Shown: positions 13,193-27,713 of the stretch, piece by piece
How positions within the stretch are numbered: position 1 is the stretch's first letter
Layout of the letters: each line of letters opens with the position of its first letter
Source of the DNA: Klebsormidium nitens
Lineage: Eukaryota > Plantae > Klebsormidiophyceae
Assembly: GCA_000708835.1 (NCBI GenBank)
Contig: DF236974.1
Coordinates: forward strand, 298,626-362,625
Direction of reading: 5' to 3'
Length of the DNA stretch: 64,000 nucleotides
Translations under genes and position numbers: made by a program
The notes under the pieces: model-generated
What the model saw: only the letters and a program-made list of their open reading frames with translations
What the model was told of the DNA's origin: nothing
The model's database searches: none

Positions 13193-16100
13193 CTACCGAG
13201 CTCGTGCCGGGGGCCTCGGGAGCCGCCGCAGATTGCGCTCCGACCGCATCTGTGACCGGACGTTGTGCCCCGACCGTGGTTGTGGCCGGCGACGAGATAC
13301 CGGGGTCGATTCCGGCTGCGTGAAGCAAGCCCCCAGGAGTACTGTACGCGGTGAGGAGTCGGGCGTTGGGTCCCAGAGCGACCGGAGGGTCGCCCCGGTC
13401 GGTCAGCGGGGCTTCCTTTCGACGTCGCTTGGGCGCCTGAAGGAGAACGCCAAACGAAGGTTCAGGATGGTAGTGGCCGAAAGTGAATGCGTCGGAGGTG
13501 CGAGAGAGGCTACGAATCAGATCTACCCAACCGAGACGGCTGAATTATGAAGCAGTTTCTGGCCTACAATTCAGGCCGTCCTGCAGTCCTGCGCAAACCT
13601 TCAGGCGGGTGTTTAAAGCAGAACGGCAGCTTAATGCGGCCACGAAATAGCCCGAGATCTTCCCCTCCCGATAAGCAAACTGAACATTCTTCTAAGGGTG
13701 ACTCACTTTTGGGCGACCTTCCGTCGGCCGCTGCCCGTCCTGCGTCGCCCCCTCCTCGACAAGGACCTCGCCGTCTCGCGGCTGCCGCTTCCGCTTCGCT
13801 TTCTTGCCCGTGTGGGAACCTTCTTGAGCCTTTTGCTGCTCGAGCTCCTTCTTCCGGCTCTCCTTTGCTTTCCGGCTACTGTCGGCCTCCCTGCACAAGG
13901 CCCAACGAAGTCAGAAGGTCTAAGACGGCCACAGGCTACCTTCGAAAAGAGCAGAAGGGTGGAGCTGTCGTCCTGCTCGCTGTCGCAATTCTGACGATGG
14001 CAGGTGTGACTGGCGGGTTCCGTTCGACAGGACCGGAACATAGAGGAGTTTGCTACTGCTGATTCGAAGTGTTGACCGGAAGCAGCAGCCTGTCAGTTAG
14101 CATGCCTGGAGTTGTTAATGACGAGCGAAGGAGCCAACAAACATCGAAGGCCCCTTCGAATCCAGATACTTCGGAACACGACACTCTGAACTCCTGAACT
14201 CAGAGTCCTGAATTGTTTGAAAGCCTGAACCACAAAGGCTCCCTGATCGCAGCCCTCTACTTGGAAACACGGCTTTCTGTCCGGTGAGCGTAGCTAAGCA
14301 AGCGGAATCTAGAAGATTTGATTCCCTGATTGCTTACAACAATACGACCTTGAACATTGGGACCAAACGGGCTCACTTGGCGAGCTTGGAGTTGTGCATG
14401 GTGAGCGTGGTGACGACGTGCTTGAGGCGGCGAGCGTACTGCGCGATCGCCACCGCGTGCTTCATCTTGAGCTTGCTCCGCTTGCGTTTCTCCACTGCGA
14501 GGTCGCACAGGAACGACGCACGCTGCTTCCGAATCACGAGCTTCTTCTTGCCAATGATCTCCTGGCGAAGAGATGGCGAAAGACGTTAGACAGTGCGTCG
14601 CGACGGGGTTGTTCTGGGCTTCAGTATACCGTTGGAATGGTACGGTACGGGTCAAAAAGAACAAGCAATGCTCTGCAAAGTCAAACCGGAATCCGATAAA
14701 AAGGAAAGACAGATACACTTTTCTGCAGAGAACTCATTTGAAGGAGACACTGCAGTTGGAGCAACGAGAGACAGTTTGACCCGATCGTACATCCGACAGT
14801 CAGAACAGCAAGACGTCTTGTTCATCGTTCCAAATGTAAGCCCTTTTCAACGAATCATGGACAGTTCCTGCAAAGAGCAGCAAAGACGATCCACAGAACG
14901 GAGTGAACAAGGAATGCCTCTCCGAATCCCAAACTTGTACCCGTCAAGCTCCCTTCTTTTCCGCAAGAACTGCAACAAAGCCCAAACGGCTTCCTTTGCC
15001 CGCTCAGCAGACTCGGCTCAAATGGTTCTTCCGTTGCTTCTCTCAAGACCCGAGCCCCTGAAACCCACCTGGAGCTCCTTCTTGTCCTTCTCGTACTTGA
15101 GCGCGCGCGTGTTGGCGTTCGAGACAGCCTCCTGCAGCTCCTTCAGCTTCTTCTTGAGCTGCTCGTTCTCCACCTGCAGCTCCGCACCCTTCTCCAACAC
15201 CAGGCCCGCCAGCTGGGCTGCAGTAGAGTACGTTCGGGAAAGCAGTGTCAAAGGGGCGTAGACCTTGAGAGTAAACCTTACGTTCTTGAGGCCCTGATGG
15301 TAGATTCGACGGTTGGAGAAAGTGGACTTCGCTTTGCTGGTTTGAACAAGCGCCTTGGCCATGTTCCGGCAGAGTGATAGGTCTGGTACCGCTTCGAGGC
15401 TATCGTGAGCCCTTGATGTGGTTAGTTTAAGACGGGGGGCTCCAGAATGGCAGACCGAAGTCAGAACCCTCCAAACAGTGGTCCTCAGAGAAGGTCAAGG
15501 TTCATTCTCAAAGACAAGGTGTAGGCTACTGACACAGACCTGGTTCCAATCGGGGCAGATGAACCGTGAATTCCACGCCTGGCCACTTCTTGAGAGCTTA
15601 AACATCCTGGGAATTAGCACGTCCCAACGCTTAGGTTGTTTGCCATTGAAAGCAGTTCCTGTGGAGAAAAGAGAATGTAGGGGCCCCAGAGTACTCACTT
15701 CCTCCCGAGATTGGCTGCTGTTTGCCCTTCTTTCCCTTCTTGCGCTGTTCGCTGTCCTCCTGCTGCAGCCGCAGGGCGTCCTCAAAGTGCATGATGCTGC
15801 CCTGCCCCGTCGTCACCTGCAATGCCCGGGTTCTGCCACTTGAGAAAGTAGCTAACTGAGCCTATGTAGGAGGAGGATGCTCTCCTCACGAACGCCGCAC
15901 AGAAGTATACTTGAGAGCAATCAGAGACAGAAGCTACCCAAAGAGGTTGGTCACATGATGCTTCCTGCGGAGATAGTTACAAGGAATCAGACACATCTAA
16001 AAGTGAGGAGCTTGGGGTGGTCGAAAGTGAAAATTATGTTCATTGATGTGCTCGGAATGCGACCAGAGGGCATCAGATTTTCGATGAGTATTGATTGATG

Positions 16101-16811
16101 CTCAAAAGCACATGCTCCCAATCAACAAAACTTAGAAAGACCTCCGCACACCTGCATGAGGAGCGCCTCCACCGGCGTGGGCGACACAGGCAGCCCGCGC
16201 GCCAGCTGCTGAAACTCCTGGAACACCTGCCGGAACTCCGCCGCCTGCGCCACGCTGTCCGCCCGGAAACTCACGCGCCGATCCTTCCCCCCCCCACTGC
16301 GCCCGCTGCGCTCTTCCCCCCCAAGTGCAACCACATCTCGCACGCGCTGCTTGCAGCCATCGAGCAGCTCTCGGAATGTGACCTTGTCCCTTGCTTGTCT
16401 CAGAAGGTTGTGCACAACTTTGCCGAACCCGCTGGTTTGGATCTTAACCACCCTGGCTGAATCGTTCTTCTGAGCTTCGGGGGCATCGCTGCTGTCGCGC
16501 TGAGGTGAGCGCTCATCGAGCGAGTGCAATGTACCCTCCTCGACCATGTCTTCAAACCGCTCACTATCAACGAAGGCGTGGGCATCAACAACCGAGGCTC
16601 CACCGTCGACTGGATTGCCTTCATCCTGGTAGAAACATGCTTCTTCTTCGTCCATGCTCAAGAGCCGGTTGTGTGCACTCCGCCCGTCAAGTGCTTGGAA
16701 GTGCTCGGCTGCAGAACGTACCTGCGATGCACCGCCGTTCATCTCCAAATGGAACTCAAACTCGTTGCTCTCCTCCGTTGAGCAATTGCGGGCAACTCCT
16801 CTATGATCCAT
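13193..16811 (-). CDS. Multi-exon coiled-coil protein of unknown function
   Basis: Phase-compatible exons: 16811-16152, ~15816-15700, ~15210-15070 (LQVENEQLKKKLKELQEAVS), ~14560-14375 (EIIGKKKLVIRKQRASF) and ~13880-13706, then ~13435-13193. Head-to-head with eIF2D. The 3' exons are less certain. Confidence 0.55.
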
Positions 16812-17409
16812 ACTACTCGGAATCCACTGCTTTCGCTACTAGTACTAGGGATATGCTCCTAAGTAGTAGAGATATTCAACAGTGACAATTATTTGCCGAG
16901 ATTCAGAAGAGCGCAGGCCCAGCTGGTTTGGTCAGCAGGAAAAGCTCAGAACGCCTGACCTGCATGCCAAATGTTGCTGATAGGTATTTGTAGCCCGCAC
17001 GCCCGCTCGAGCAGAGACTTATTAGTCGCCGCCAAAACCGACGGTCCTCACCCCCGGCTGCCTTTGCTGGTATACCGCTCGCGCGTGGGCCACCCGACAC
17101 CAACATACAGACGGGCCCCGGGGTGGGTGTTCGGTTACCAGCGCCAGGTGCATGAGCCTTTAACCGTGCAGGCTCCCCGGTTGAGTCTGTCGGTTCAGGC
17201 CACCTGGAGTTGTACCAGCAACAGGCTAAACAACCGGCCGTCAGGGCCACTGGTGATGGGCGACTTTGCATTTGTGTTCAGCAGACTCTCGTCACTTTTA
17301 ATACTAATAGTTCAGAGGTATCTTCGCATCCAAGGAGCAGGAAAGCCAGATTGTAGAGATTTGGTGAGCTGAGTAGGAACGCAGAAAGAGCCCTCTTTTA
17401 GCTGCCACC

Positions 17410-20400
17410 ATGTTCAAAAAGGCGTGCCCCGTCCACTCCTCGCATCGCCTGTCGGGGGCGGACCGCAAGAAGCTGCGGCGGGCGATGCGGGACAAGTTCC
17501 CAACTGCAAGTGAGGAGGACCTTGACACAATCCTGCCCGCCAAGGGGGCAGCGGAGGTGTCGGTGTCAAAGCTGGCCAATCGGTCGCTGCTGTACGGGGA
17601 AGACGGAGGGTTGCCGCTGCTATTTGACGGCGACGGGCGCGGGCATGATATTTTCCCAACAGGTGACAAGCTGGCTTGCTTTCGCATTGAAGGTTCAAGG
17701 ATATGCATTCCAAGAATGAGTTTCCTTCTTCTTTGAAATATTGTCCCATTGCACAGTGGTGGCATTTAAACAACCTGGTTGCTTTGCCTGCTTGGATCTT
17801 TTGGTGGCATGATTGCTTTGCTTAATGTTTTCTATATATTCTGGACGTTCGGAGGGATCAAACCACCTCTGGTGGCAAGGCATGTGATGGCTATGGAGTG
17901 CGAAACCTTTTTGGCTGGCTCCTTAGCCAGGTCTGCATGTTGCTGTCATTCTGCTTCTTCTGAAAGGCAATGCTGCCATAAGGAACTGCAGCTTTTACAG
18001 AAATGAAGCTCTCCGTTGTTTGGCACAATTGCTGGTTTCTCAGCTGAGTGGGACTTAACACCACCATGATATGGGTTTCATTTGCCCGTCCTGATGTTCC
18101 GCTTTTCCCGTCTTCATCAACATTTGTAGTTGACAGGACACACAGCTTTCGGAAGACAATCCAATCGCCAGTGTCAAAAAATCATCATAGCATATGCCAA
18201 ATCTGCATTGTTGGTAATGGTAGAAAGTTACGTTGTTGCGAACGAGGTGCATGCAAGCAATTGACATCAGAATGACACCTCCGCTTTGTATCTCATGCCC
18301 ATGGTGAGTTGCTTCCTCTTTGGAGTTACTCGGGTCGTTTGGAGTTGTTGTTCTTCACATACCTGTGCGCTTCGAGGAGTCAAACTCACCATGAACTTTC
18401 AGAATCGAACGGTGCTGTGGCAGCACAATCAACCCGTTCATCTTTTTTATGAATAACCTTCCTCCGGGAGAAGCATTGAAAACATTGTAGCCGTTCTACT
18501 TTGGCAGGCAGTACCTGATGTTATCCTCTTTTAACTGAGGCTGAAACACCTTCAAATCTGTTTGGCTGAAATGCAACATTTTGGTCTATGCTGATTACAG
18601 TAATAAATCGACAACAGGATCAAAGTTGCGGGACAGAAATTGCTTTTGAAAATATCAATCTCTGTTTTTCTAATGAAACATTTTTTGGAGTCAGTCAGGC
18701 TGAATCTATTGCTCAAAGCCACCTTTGGTTCTCCCCCCAGTGTACGCGCTCTGGAAGATCCCCAACCTGCTCCCCTCCTTCACCCTCAAGGGCGGCGAAG
18801 TCAGCCCCTACATCCTCAGCGGCGCCGACCTCATGTTCCCGGGGGTTAGAGTCCCTACCGAGGGGCTCCCCCCGTTTGCGGCCGGCGAGATCTACTCAGT
18901 CCGGGTGCCTGGAAACCCCTTCCCGATTGCCGTCGGAACCACGGCGTCGAGCAGTGCGGAAGCGGAGAAGAACGGGTTCAGGGGGAAGGCGCTGAAGGTG
19001 TATCACTACTACCGGGATGCTTTGTGGGATCTTCCAGAGGGGAAGTATTCGCCGAATGAGGGCTTTGGAGAGAAGATGGTGATGGGTATCGGGGCAGGCG
19101 AGGAGGCTGGAAACGCAGAGGCGCCGGATGGGGGCAATGAGAACGGAGACGCGAATGTGCACGAAGGAAGTGGAGAAAGTTTACATGAAGAGGGGAGCGA
19201 TTCAGGGCTCGAGCGAGAAGTGGAAGGGTTGACAATTGACGGAGCGCAAGCAGGGGGGCCGGGCAGGGAACTAGAGGGGGGAGAGAAAGGGGAGACAGAA
19301 ACAGAAGGGGAGAAAGCGGCGGCGGCGATGCGGCCGGAAGAGATGGACAGGTTGCTGGACGAGTGTCTGCTGCAGGCGCTGTACACGACGGTGAAGGACA
19401 AGGACCTGCCGATGCCGGCTGGAAACCTGTGGTGCGTCCTTTGGTTTGTAGATCTGACAAAACTTTCTTGCTAAGTTTCAATGATTGCGCTCTTCAAATC
19501 TGTATGGCCGACTTCCATCGAATATGAAAGTATCAGTTCGACTCTCTGCCGGAATGAGAAAAGTGAACCGGTGGCCGAATCCGCGTTGGTGTAGATTGAG
19601 GCGAATAATTGTGGACCCTAAAGGCTGCAATATATTGGCAGGTGAACCAAATCCTCAGTTACAAGAAAGACTGGCTTCTTTACTCATGATTAAATGGAAG
19701 TTCTATACAGGAGAACGCATGCTTCCCCTTGCTTTTGGCGTTTGCAAAGAAGTTTTGTTACCCGCTACGTGTGTTCGGGACACAAAGTGACTCACGAGAA
19801 CTGTCCCTCTTCCTTACATTCGGCTTTCTGAAGAAACTAGTTTTGACGCGACCGTGCACTTCCTTTGCAGGAGTCATCATGTGCTGCCGGCCCGGCCCCC
19901 CGACGCGCATGTTGACATCAAAAAGTCGACCCACAAGAAGCTCTCGAAGTGGCTCCAAGCGAAGGCGACCGACGGCCTGGTAAGCCCCGCACGTCGAGGA
20001 CTCCGCTTACTTTTGCCCTCAAACGGACGAACCTGCGATTTGCATTTGCTGTCGGACGGCTTCAGTCATCCGTTAATCGAACCAGGTTGGATTCGTTTGA
20101 CACAGGTGATCCCTCTTGGAGAGGTTGCTCAGCCATACGCTGTTGTCAGATTGGACCAACGAGTAAAAGCACGCGGATGCCGGTGTTTTGCGAAAACATT
20201 CTCTCAGGAAGGACTTGTCCGCATACCCTATCCTGATGGGTGAGGCCAACCGCCTTCGGATCTACTTTTCGACACTCCTCCGCTCGGGTCGCCTACGTCC
20301 GACGGGTCTGGTGATGACAAATTGCAGACATCTTACCCTCGATGTCGAAAGCTTTTTAGTTCGTTGTTCGGGAACATACATGAACTGTCAGCACTAGATG

Positions 20401-23400
20401 CTGAAAATCCTGTGGTTCAGGTGAAGGTGAAGGAGGACAAGCACCGCAAGGAGCTGATGCTGCTGAGCGTCGACCGGGGCCATGCGGAGTACCGGGCGTA
20501 CCACCCGGTCAAGCGGGCGCAAACCGCCGAGGGGGCAGCGCAGCCAGCGGCGTCGACATCGGAGGCTGACGGGCAGCAGCTAGAGGTCAGACGTGAAGCG
20601 CTTGTTGATTCAAACCTGTTTCTTTGGCCTCGCAAAGAGATTACGCTGGCGTCGTACTGTGCTGTGGTCCGGTTGGTGCTTCTGTTTTCTGGTTGTTCGT
20701 ACATCTATTTTGGAATCGTGGACCCTTTGAACCTCTGATCTTGAGGTGCATGTCAAGCCTTGAATTTCATTCAAGGCAGAGATAGTCGACCGAACGGCTA
20801 GTCAATCTGCAGAATCAGGTCCAATCTTCAAACCCGTAATATGAAGCTTTCCTTAGATTCCTCCCCATGTTTGCAGGTGGTTGAGGTGTTCAAGCCGGTG
20901 AAGGAAGTGAACGCCATCTTGCAAGCAGTGGGGGCTGACCCGTCGGCTTACTACAGCCCCCAGGAGGTCTTCGCGCTGGTCATGCAGTACGTACAAGAAC
21001 AGGTGCGTGCATTTGAGGCCGCCTTATCCGGATTCGCCTGTCGAGCCTACTAGGTACCCGTTGAGATCGTTTTGGCTATCCGTGCGGACTCGTTGACTTT
21101 GTCGACGTCACACAGTCTACCTGCGCTGACAATCCGCGGCTGTGGGGCATTGCGTCAGCCTTGAAACCCTGACAATGATGATCTTTTTCGCATCAGGTCC
21201 TCGTCACTCATAAGAGCTCTGACAATGCTTTTCGTTCTGATCACTCTTTCGGGACTGTAAACCAAGTATATGAACCAGAAGGTGAAGAGTATGCTTGAGG
21301 CTGGCTGCACTAAAACTGCTAGTTGCATAGTCCGGAAGTCTAATATTGTGCTTATGTGCAGAATCTGGAAAAGCCCTCGGATCGGACGACGATTGTTCTG
21401 GACGCGCCTCTTTGCGACGCTCTTTACAAGGTGAGCGCTGCTCCAGACGTGCGCAGCGGAGAAGCCCAATGCTTGAAAGGCTTCCAAAGTCTGTGCTGCG
21501 CTGCTTTATTCTGCTGAAAATTTTGGCGGTAGCGAAGGGCAGCGTCTTGAAGGATCTAGAGCTTCAGCGGGTTGACGATGCGCTCTCTGTATCGTGACTC
21601 TGGTTAATCATCATCTTTGTCTATCTTCGTACTTGAAAATCTCCTGCTCTGGAAGCGACTTTGGGCAAAATGCACTGACTCACTATCCACGACTAGGTGT
21701 GCTTGGTACCATCCTATTGGGACTTCGGTGGCCAACTAAGAAGCCAAAACATCTGTTTCGTTACTTCGCTTCTAGATGAATAGCAGAAGAACACGGAATA
21801 GCGTGCACAACAACTCGCCGACTCGGGTCTCGTAGCATCTGCGAAGCTCCGAAGGACTAGAGTCTGCTCCAGCCCACAGCATCTGCGCTGGGTATTCGAG
21901 GCACTGGAAATCGACCGCTCAAAACAGTCCGGGTTTGTAATCGACTTGACGCTATCGAGCGCAGCACAAGCTGAATTTTCGACGAGATGCATGGAATGGG
22001 TTAGGGCCACTAACCTCGGCGTCCATATGTCCAGGGCAAGGTAAAGAAGGGCGACACGTACCCGTCGGAGGTCCCCAAAGCGAACGTGGGGCGGGAGTTC
22101 CTGGCGCGGTTTCAGGCGCACCATCGAGTCTCTCGGGGGGACAAATCAGCCACGCGGTGAGGCCCCCGAATCGTCTCGATTTTGAGCTTCAAGAAAGGAT
22201 CCCCAGGGATGGTACACAATCTGAAATGAATGTTGAGCAAATTGTTTCTCCCCGTGTCAATGAACGTTGCGGATGATGTGAAGAGCTGGTCGCATCGTTT
22301 GCTATTTGAGGAAGAGGCCGGTCATACCAGAGGTGGAGATGCCGTGAGAAAGTTTCGACGATTTCGAGGCGTTGGATATGGCTGCTTATGCGAGGCGTTG
22401 GATGTGGCTGATTATGCGGTCGGCTTCTGCCTCAAGAATCGGGTTCTGCTGTTCAGTATCTAAGAGTCACGCTTATTGGATTCCAGAGTCATTGCGCAAA
22501 GCACCTGATTTTGGTGACTCCAGGTTTTTGTTCAAGTACATGTGGCTCCGACGCTCTGCACCTTATTCTACGACTCCCTTTAGTTCGACGGAAGATGTCA
22601 TGTTAGACTCATTCGTTTCTGGCCGTTGCAGGAAGGGCGCTCTGAAGAACATGCAGATCGTGGCGGAGCAGCGACAAGGCCGCAAGAAAGTGACCAAAGT
22701 CACGGGGCTCGAGGTAAAAGGCCCTCTCTCCCAGCCACTAGGGTTCCTGTGCGTACCTCGTGTTAACATATGAGATTTTTGGCTGAGGCCCGTCCGGTCA
22801 ACGGGCGTACACTTTTGACCATATTTTCACTCGGTTCAGCTTCTGGCCATAGCGCTGGAGCTTGGGAGCATTTTGCAAACCATGTGATTCCATCCTCTGC
22901 CCCTAGGCTCGTTCCGGTCGCATTTCTCGTGTACTCATTACTGGCCTGCGGGTTAGCCTCTGCAGCTTTTGAGTCTGCTGGCATCCATGGCTATCGAGTT
23001 CCCGGCCTTACGCCTTCGCCCCCCGACGAGCCGCCGGAATGAAGTGTCGCTCTTTCTGGCAGCAGCCCGCTTGCCAACGCGCTTCTGAAAGCTTCCTGAC
23101 GAAGAATGGTTTCTGAAGGTTTCGGCTCCTGTTGCAGTCGTTCCTGGTGGATCCGGAGCGCCTCGCCGAGGAGCTGCAGCGCAAGTTCGCCAGCAGCAGT
23201 ACGGTGCAAGAGGTACCCGGTACGTTAACCCGGTCGCCTACGTCGAAATGAAGTTGTGTCGCCGGTAGCGCCGATGGACGCTATTCCTAGCTGCCGTGCA
23301 AAGTCACGTGGTTGATCTCGCCGTCTTGACCGACTTTGGGCTTGATGAAGCGTAAAAGGAGAGACGCAGATGCACACTAATTTGGGCTGCCGACTCAAGA

Positions 23401-24255
23401 CTGGTAAACTTTCGGCGGCTGAGTAGCCTTTAATCGGTGATAGTCGCCGCAATCAGCATGCACTGATTTGCTGCGACTATCTGGGATTGCGCGTCTTCGA
23501 GGACGCCACAACTGTCGGGCATTACTCACGGAGGGAGTGACTCAATTGCGGGCGTGCATAATGACCTGTCAGGTCAGCTGGACCTTTGAACCCGGGGCTT
23601 ATACCCCATGCTAGTCGGCCTGGCACTTGCGCGCTTTCATCAAAGCGCACATTGCTGGGAAGCTTATCAAGCCGTCTTGGGTCCTATCTGTTCGGTCCGA
23701 GTTCACTTCAACCTTTGACAGATCCCGACGCCCACAGTAAACGGGAGTGCGTTGTGGTTGCGTGCAGGCAAGAAGGACGCGTCCGAGGTGCTGGTCCAGG
23801 GGGGCGTGTTGGAGGACCTGGGGCGGTACCTGGTGCAGCAGTACGGGATTCCCAAAAAGTACATCGAGGTGAGGGCTTGACGGCGTGTCAGATTCCTGGA
23901 TCGCGTTTTGGACCGTGCAACGTGGACTGAGCACTATGTTGGTGCCGAAGGGAAAGTATGAGGAGCCGAGGTAAACGGTATCCGTCTCTCAGGGATGGTG
24001 CTTCACTACGGGGGTTGACTTGTAGGATTGATTGAAAGAGTCCGGCAATCTGAGTCGACAACCAGACTTGAGCAATGTGGCTCTACCCTGCTAGAGCAGC
24101 CTCCAAGGAATGGGTCAGATCCTCGTTTTGCCATAGCTTCAGTCATAACGTCATACGATTGGCAGAGGTACAGGGTACGGTCGGTGATGCATCCCTCAAT
24201 GCTGATTCCCTTCGTAACTTCTTCGCAGATCATGGACAAGACGAAGCGCCACTGA
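17410..24255 (+). CDS. EIF2D: Eukaryotic translation initiation factor 2D (PUA, SWIB/MDM2 and SUI1 domains); ~11 exons
   Basis: MFKKACPVHSSHRLSGADRKKLRR; GADLMFPG (PUA); IKKSTHKKLSKWLQ; VLDAPLCDALYKG (SWIB); RQGRKKVTKVTGLE...LQRKFASSSTV...EVLVQGG...YGIPKKYIE-IMDKTKRH* (SUI1). Confidence 0.93.
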
Positions 24256-25351
24256 AGAGGCGCATGCTTATGAGAGACATACGGATTCTTGGGCCTTTCA
24301 GCGTGTACGTCTCTTAGTCATTAGATTATGCACGCGACTTGGCGTCCTATTCACTTCAAATGTACGTTCCAGACCGTTGACAGTCCCTTGCGTAGTGTGG
24401 GCAGTGTGGAAGCATTTCTATCAAATGCTGCGCACGCCTGTGCCGGAATCGCTGGGGCGGCCCGTCACTTTCAACATGTCCATTTCATGTAATTGAATTT
24501 GGTCGGGTGTGGCCTTTTCAACTGTTTGCCTTCTCCAGTGATAAGAAGATATCCGTCTTGTGTCGAATTCATGGCCAAAGTCAATGTTGTGGAGCTTGCA
24601 TACCGCGCACATGCGGCTCTTATGAAACTGTTTCTATCCGCTCGACTCAATTTGCCAGCCGGGAGCTCAGCTAATTGACGGTCATTGACGGCCCCCATGT
24701 CGAGTCTTACATGCCGAAATTCTGAATCATTAGTATCCCAAGGCCAATCCGATCCCGGCAGTATCTCCAACATGTAAGACGCTGCAGATCTGCTGGTGCA
24801 ATCCAAACCAGGTATCCCCATGAAACAGCGAATTGACCAGATGTCATGCTCCGCCCACACGTGCCTAAAGTTTGCTCAAACCCAATTCTGACTGCGACAT
24901 TGTGCGTACCAACATGGGGAAGGATCAATGCAAGACTATCATTGCATGGATCACACAGAAGTATAAGAAGGTACGATATGGCGCATGCATCTGCATGGGA
25001 TATATGGGCGATAAAGGATGATATCAGGATCATCAGGACACACAGGCTAAATCAAGATCGAGTCTCTCGTTTTCGAAGGGTTCTAGCTCTTCGCAAAAGC
25101 GGTCTAACATTAGATGGGCCTCCAACAGCTCAGGCAAGATGAGATCTGCATCAAGGTGGAGCATGTTTATGGTCAATTCAGGCCTAAGGTTTGCCCCCTG
25201 AGCCCTTTCTAACTTCCTTATTGCAATCAAGGCCCCGCATCCGAGTCCGCACTTATCCACGTCTCTAGATTACGGAACTGTCATATCCGTCCGTACGTGT
25301 GCTCGCCGCGTAGCTCGTTCTTACCTATGTACGTGTCAAGATCAGCCGAGG

Positions 25352-26362
25352 TTATTCTGCCCTCGCAGCTTCTTCAGCTTCCTGGGCCGACGCAACCGCT
25401 TTCAGAATCGCATTCTCCCTATACGCACAATAAATCGCAAAAGCCGGTGCCGGTCCCAGAAGGAGCGCCCCGGCCATGGTGCCCAGCGCCGCCCGAGGCC
25501 CGTCCTCGAGCAGCGCGAAATACACAGACAAAAGAGTGAGGCCAACGAGATCTAGCATGAAGAACCACACGGCAATTTCTGACGTGTCTGCGAACCCCTC
25601 TGACGTCAGCAGCCTCAGCGCTTGCGAGAATAGCGTCCGATCATTGACAAGGAGCACGCGAGTGCGCATGCGCCAGAGCGCGCCAAGGGCGGCCGCGGCC
25701 AGGTAGTTGACCCGCGACGCGGCCCGCAGCCGGCGGTGGCGGAGGCTCGAACCGGGCGGACTACCGCGCCGCAAAGAGTACGTCACGCCCAGTACCCAAC
25801 AAGTAACCAAGATTCTGATTGCGTCGAAAAAGCGTTCAAAGGCCTGCTGCAGCCAAATGGCCCTATGCGCGAGTGCCATGGTCCGCAGGCTGGAAAAGAG
25901 GACGACACAAGCACCCGAGGTGCCGAAACTAAAGCGGATCAGAGTGAGCACACCCCCGGTGGAGCTCCCTCTGGGCCCGCGCGCGCACAGGTAGGAAGGC
26001 AGCCAGATCAGAGCGAACGACGCGCTCGCGCCAATGCATGCTAGCAAGAGCTAAAGGAGGGGCAGCGCCACAAGGGGAGCCCAGCGCGCGCGCGTTCTGG
26101 GGAACTCAATAATTGCAAGCAGCGCCCAGACAAAGACCAGAAAGGAGAGCTCCCCAAAGACTGTGAACCCAACCGGATGGTTCACCCCGGCCGCAAAGGC
26201 CCCCCAAGCTTGGAAGAAGAGGTTGCTGACAAAGCCCCGCGCGTCGTTGGCGCTGCTTTTGGTGAAGGCGGGCGCGAGGAGTGGTGCTCTGAGGAGGAGG
26301 CACACAAGTCCAAGCAAGACAGCTGGCGCGGACGCTAGCATGGGGCCAATGGAAAGCGCCAT
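25352..26362 (-). pseudogene. Membrane-protein family copy 2 with an in-frame premature stop
   Basis: ORFs 26362-26051 and 26047-25352 share one frame and are separated only by TAG at 26053-26051; copy 3 has CAG (PLLQLL) at the aligned position. Confidence 0.8.
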
Positions 26363-26619
26363 GGAAAGGGTATCTGACAGACCTCATTCGAAGCACCTTG
26401 CGAGGAGAGCGATCGCAAAGAAAGCCTCTAAATGAAAGCGGAAGGAGGCCCAGAATCAGGCGCAGGGAATGAGAAGCTGAAGACTGGGGGAATGGGAATC
26501 TTTTTGAAAGGATGGGCGTTCAGCTTGATATCACTGATTAAGGAATTACGAATGCTGTGACCGAACAGCTCATATCCCGGTCGCTTTCACTGACCCGCTA
26601 TTCATGCAGCAATCAAAAA

Positions 26620-26629
26620 GCCACGTGGC
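26620..26629. promoter_or_regulatory. Palindromic G-box GCCACGTGGC upstream of copy 2
   Basis: Perfect 10-bp palindrome about 260 bp upstream of ATG 26362. Confidence 0.3.
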
Positions 26630-27713
26630 AGCGACTAGGAGTCTTGATCGAGATTCCCGTCAAACCAATGTTCGGATCCCCGAGGACGAATCGAACTCGT
26701 TGAATGCATCTCGACTCGAAGGCTTGCACAATGTTGGAAAAGTCCCCTGCACGAGGTGTACGAACACGAAGTGTCAACCTTGAGTAAGAACGGATCTTCG
26801 CGGACTAGGATTGTGCGGATGGCATTACGTACAGTACTTGGCCGACCCCTCTACACTAACGCCGTCTCTTGAGAGCATCGAATTCGGGCCTGTCAGTATT
26901 ACTGGGCTGATCTTTCTCCTCTGTGCTCGAAGCTCGAGGCCGGTGCGAGCGCGTATCAACGAGGTTTGTCGAAAGACCTTCGCGCTTCTTGTGTGCGCTT
27001 AAAGATTAAATAGACTAATAGAACACCTAGTGGCACAATTGCCACGCTTAACGATTTGCTGGGGCCACAATTTGCTGGGGCCACAAGAGATTCACCAGCC
27101 AGGCTGTTTGATCACGCCGGCCTCAGGAGTGTCAAGTACCGTGTGCAGCGGTCCATTTTAGCATGGCTTCACGTGTCCACTATGCAGAACTGCAAATAAT
27201 GTAGTCGATTTTGTGTCAGCGGAACCGACAATCTTCTGCGCTCCAGAATCTCATACAATTTGCATCACCTTGCAATTCACTAGGCGGTTCCAGATCGGGC
27301 GAAGATTGACCTGCGGTGATTTGCAGGTTTCGAACCCGTCATAAAGCATACGTATCTTTATTGTGTCCTCTTGAAATCTATATGATCGTTAAGCACGCAG
27401 GTACACTTGCTGCAGGCAGTGAGGCGCTGTGTGACATCATGGAACATCGTGTTACCAGATTAAAGCAGTCGTGAAACCGGATTGGAATGTGCAAGCGCTG
27501 CCATCAACGTATTTATTTTGAAGCATGTATATCATACAGGCGGGAGACCCATAGAAGGCTTATAAGCGTTTGCCATCTATGCTATTTTAGCTTTTGGGTT
27601 GCATCAGAGCCCGACATGACCCGCATCTGTGTACATTCTTATTGCAGAAAGCCCAGGTCTCGGTCCCCAGCTCGTCTTTATCTATGTGCGTAGTAACCAA
27701 CTCTTAATCCACA

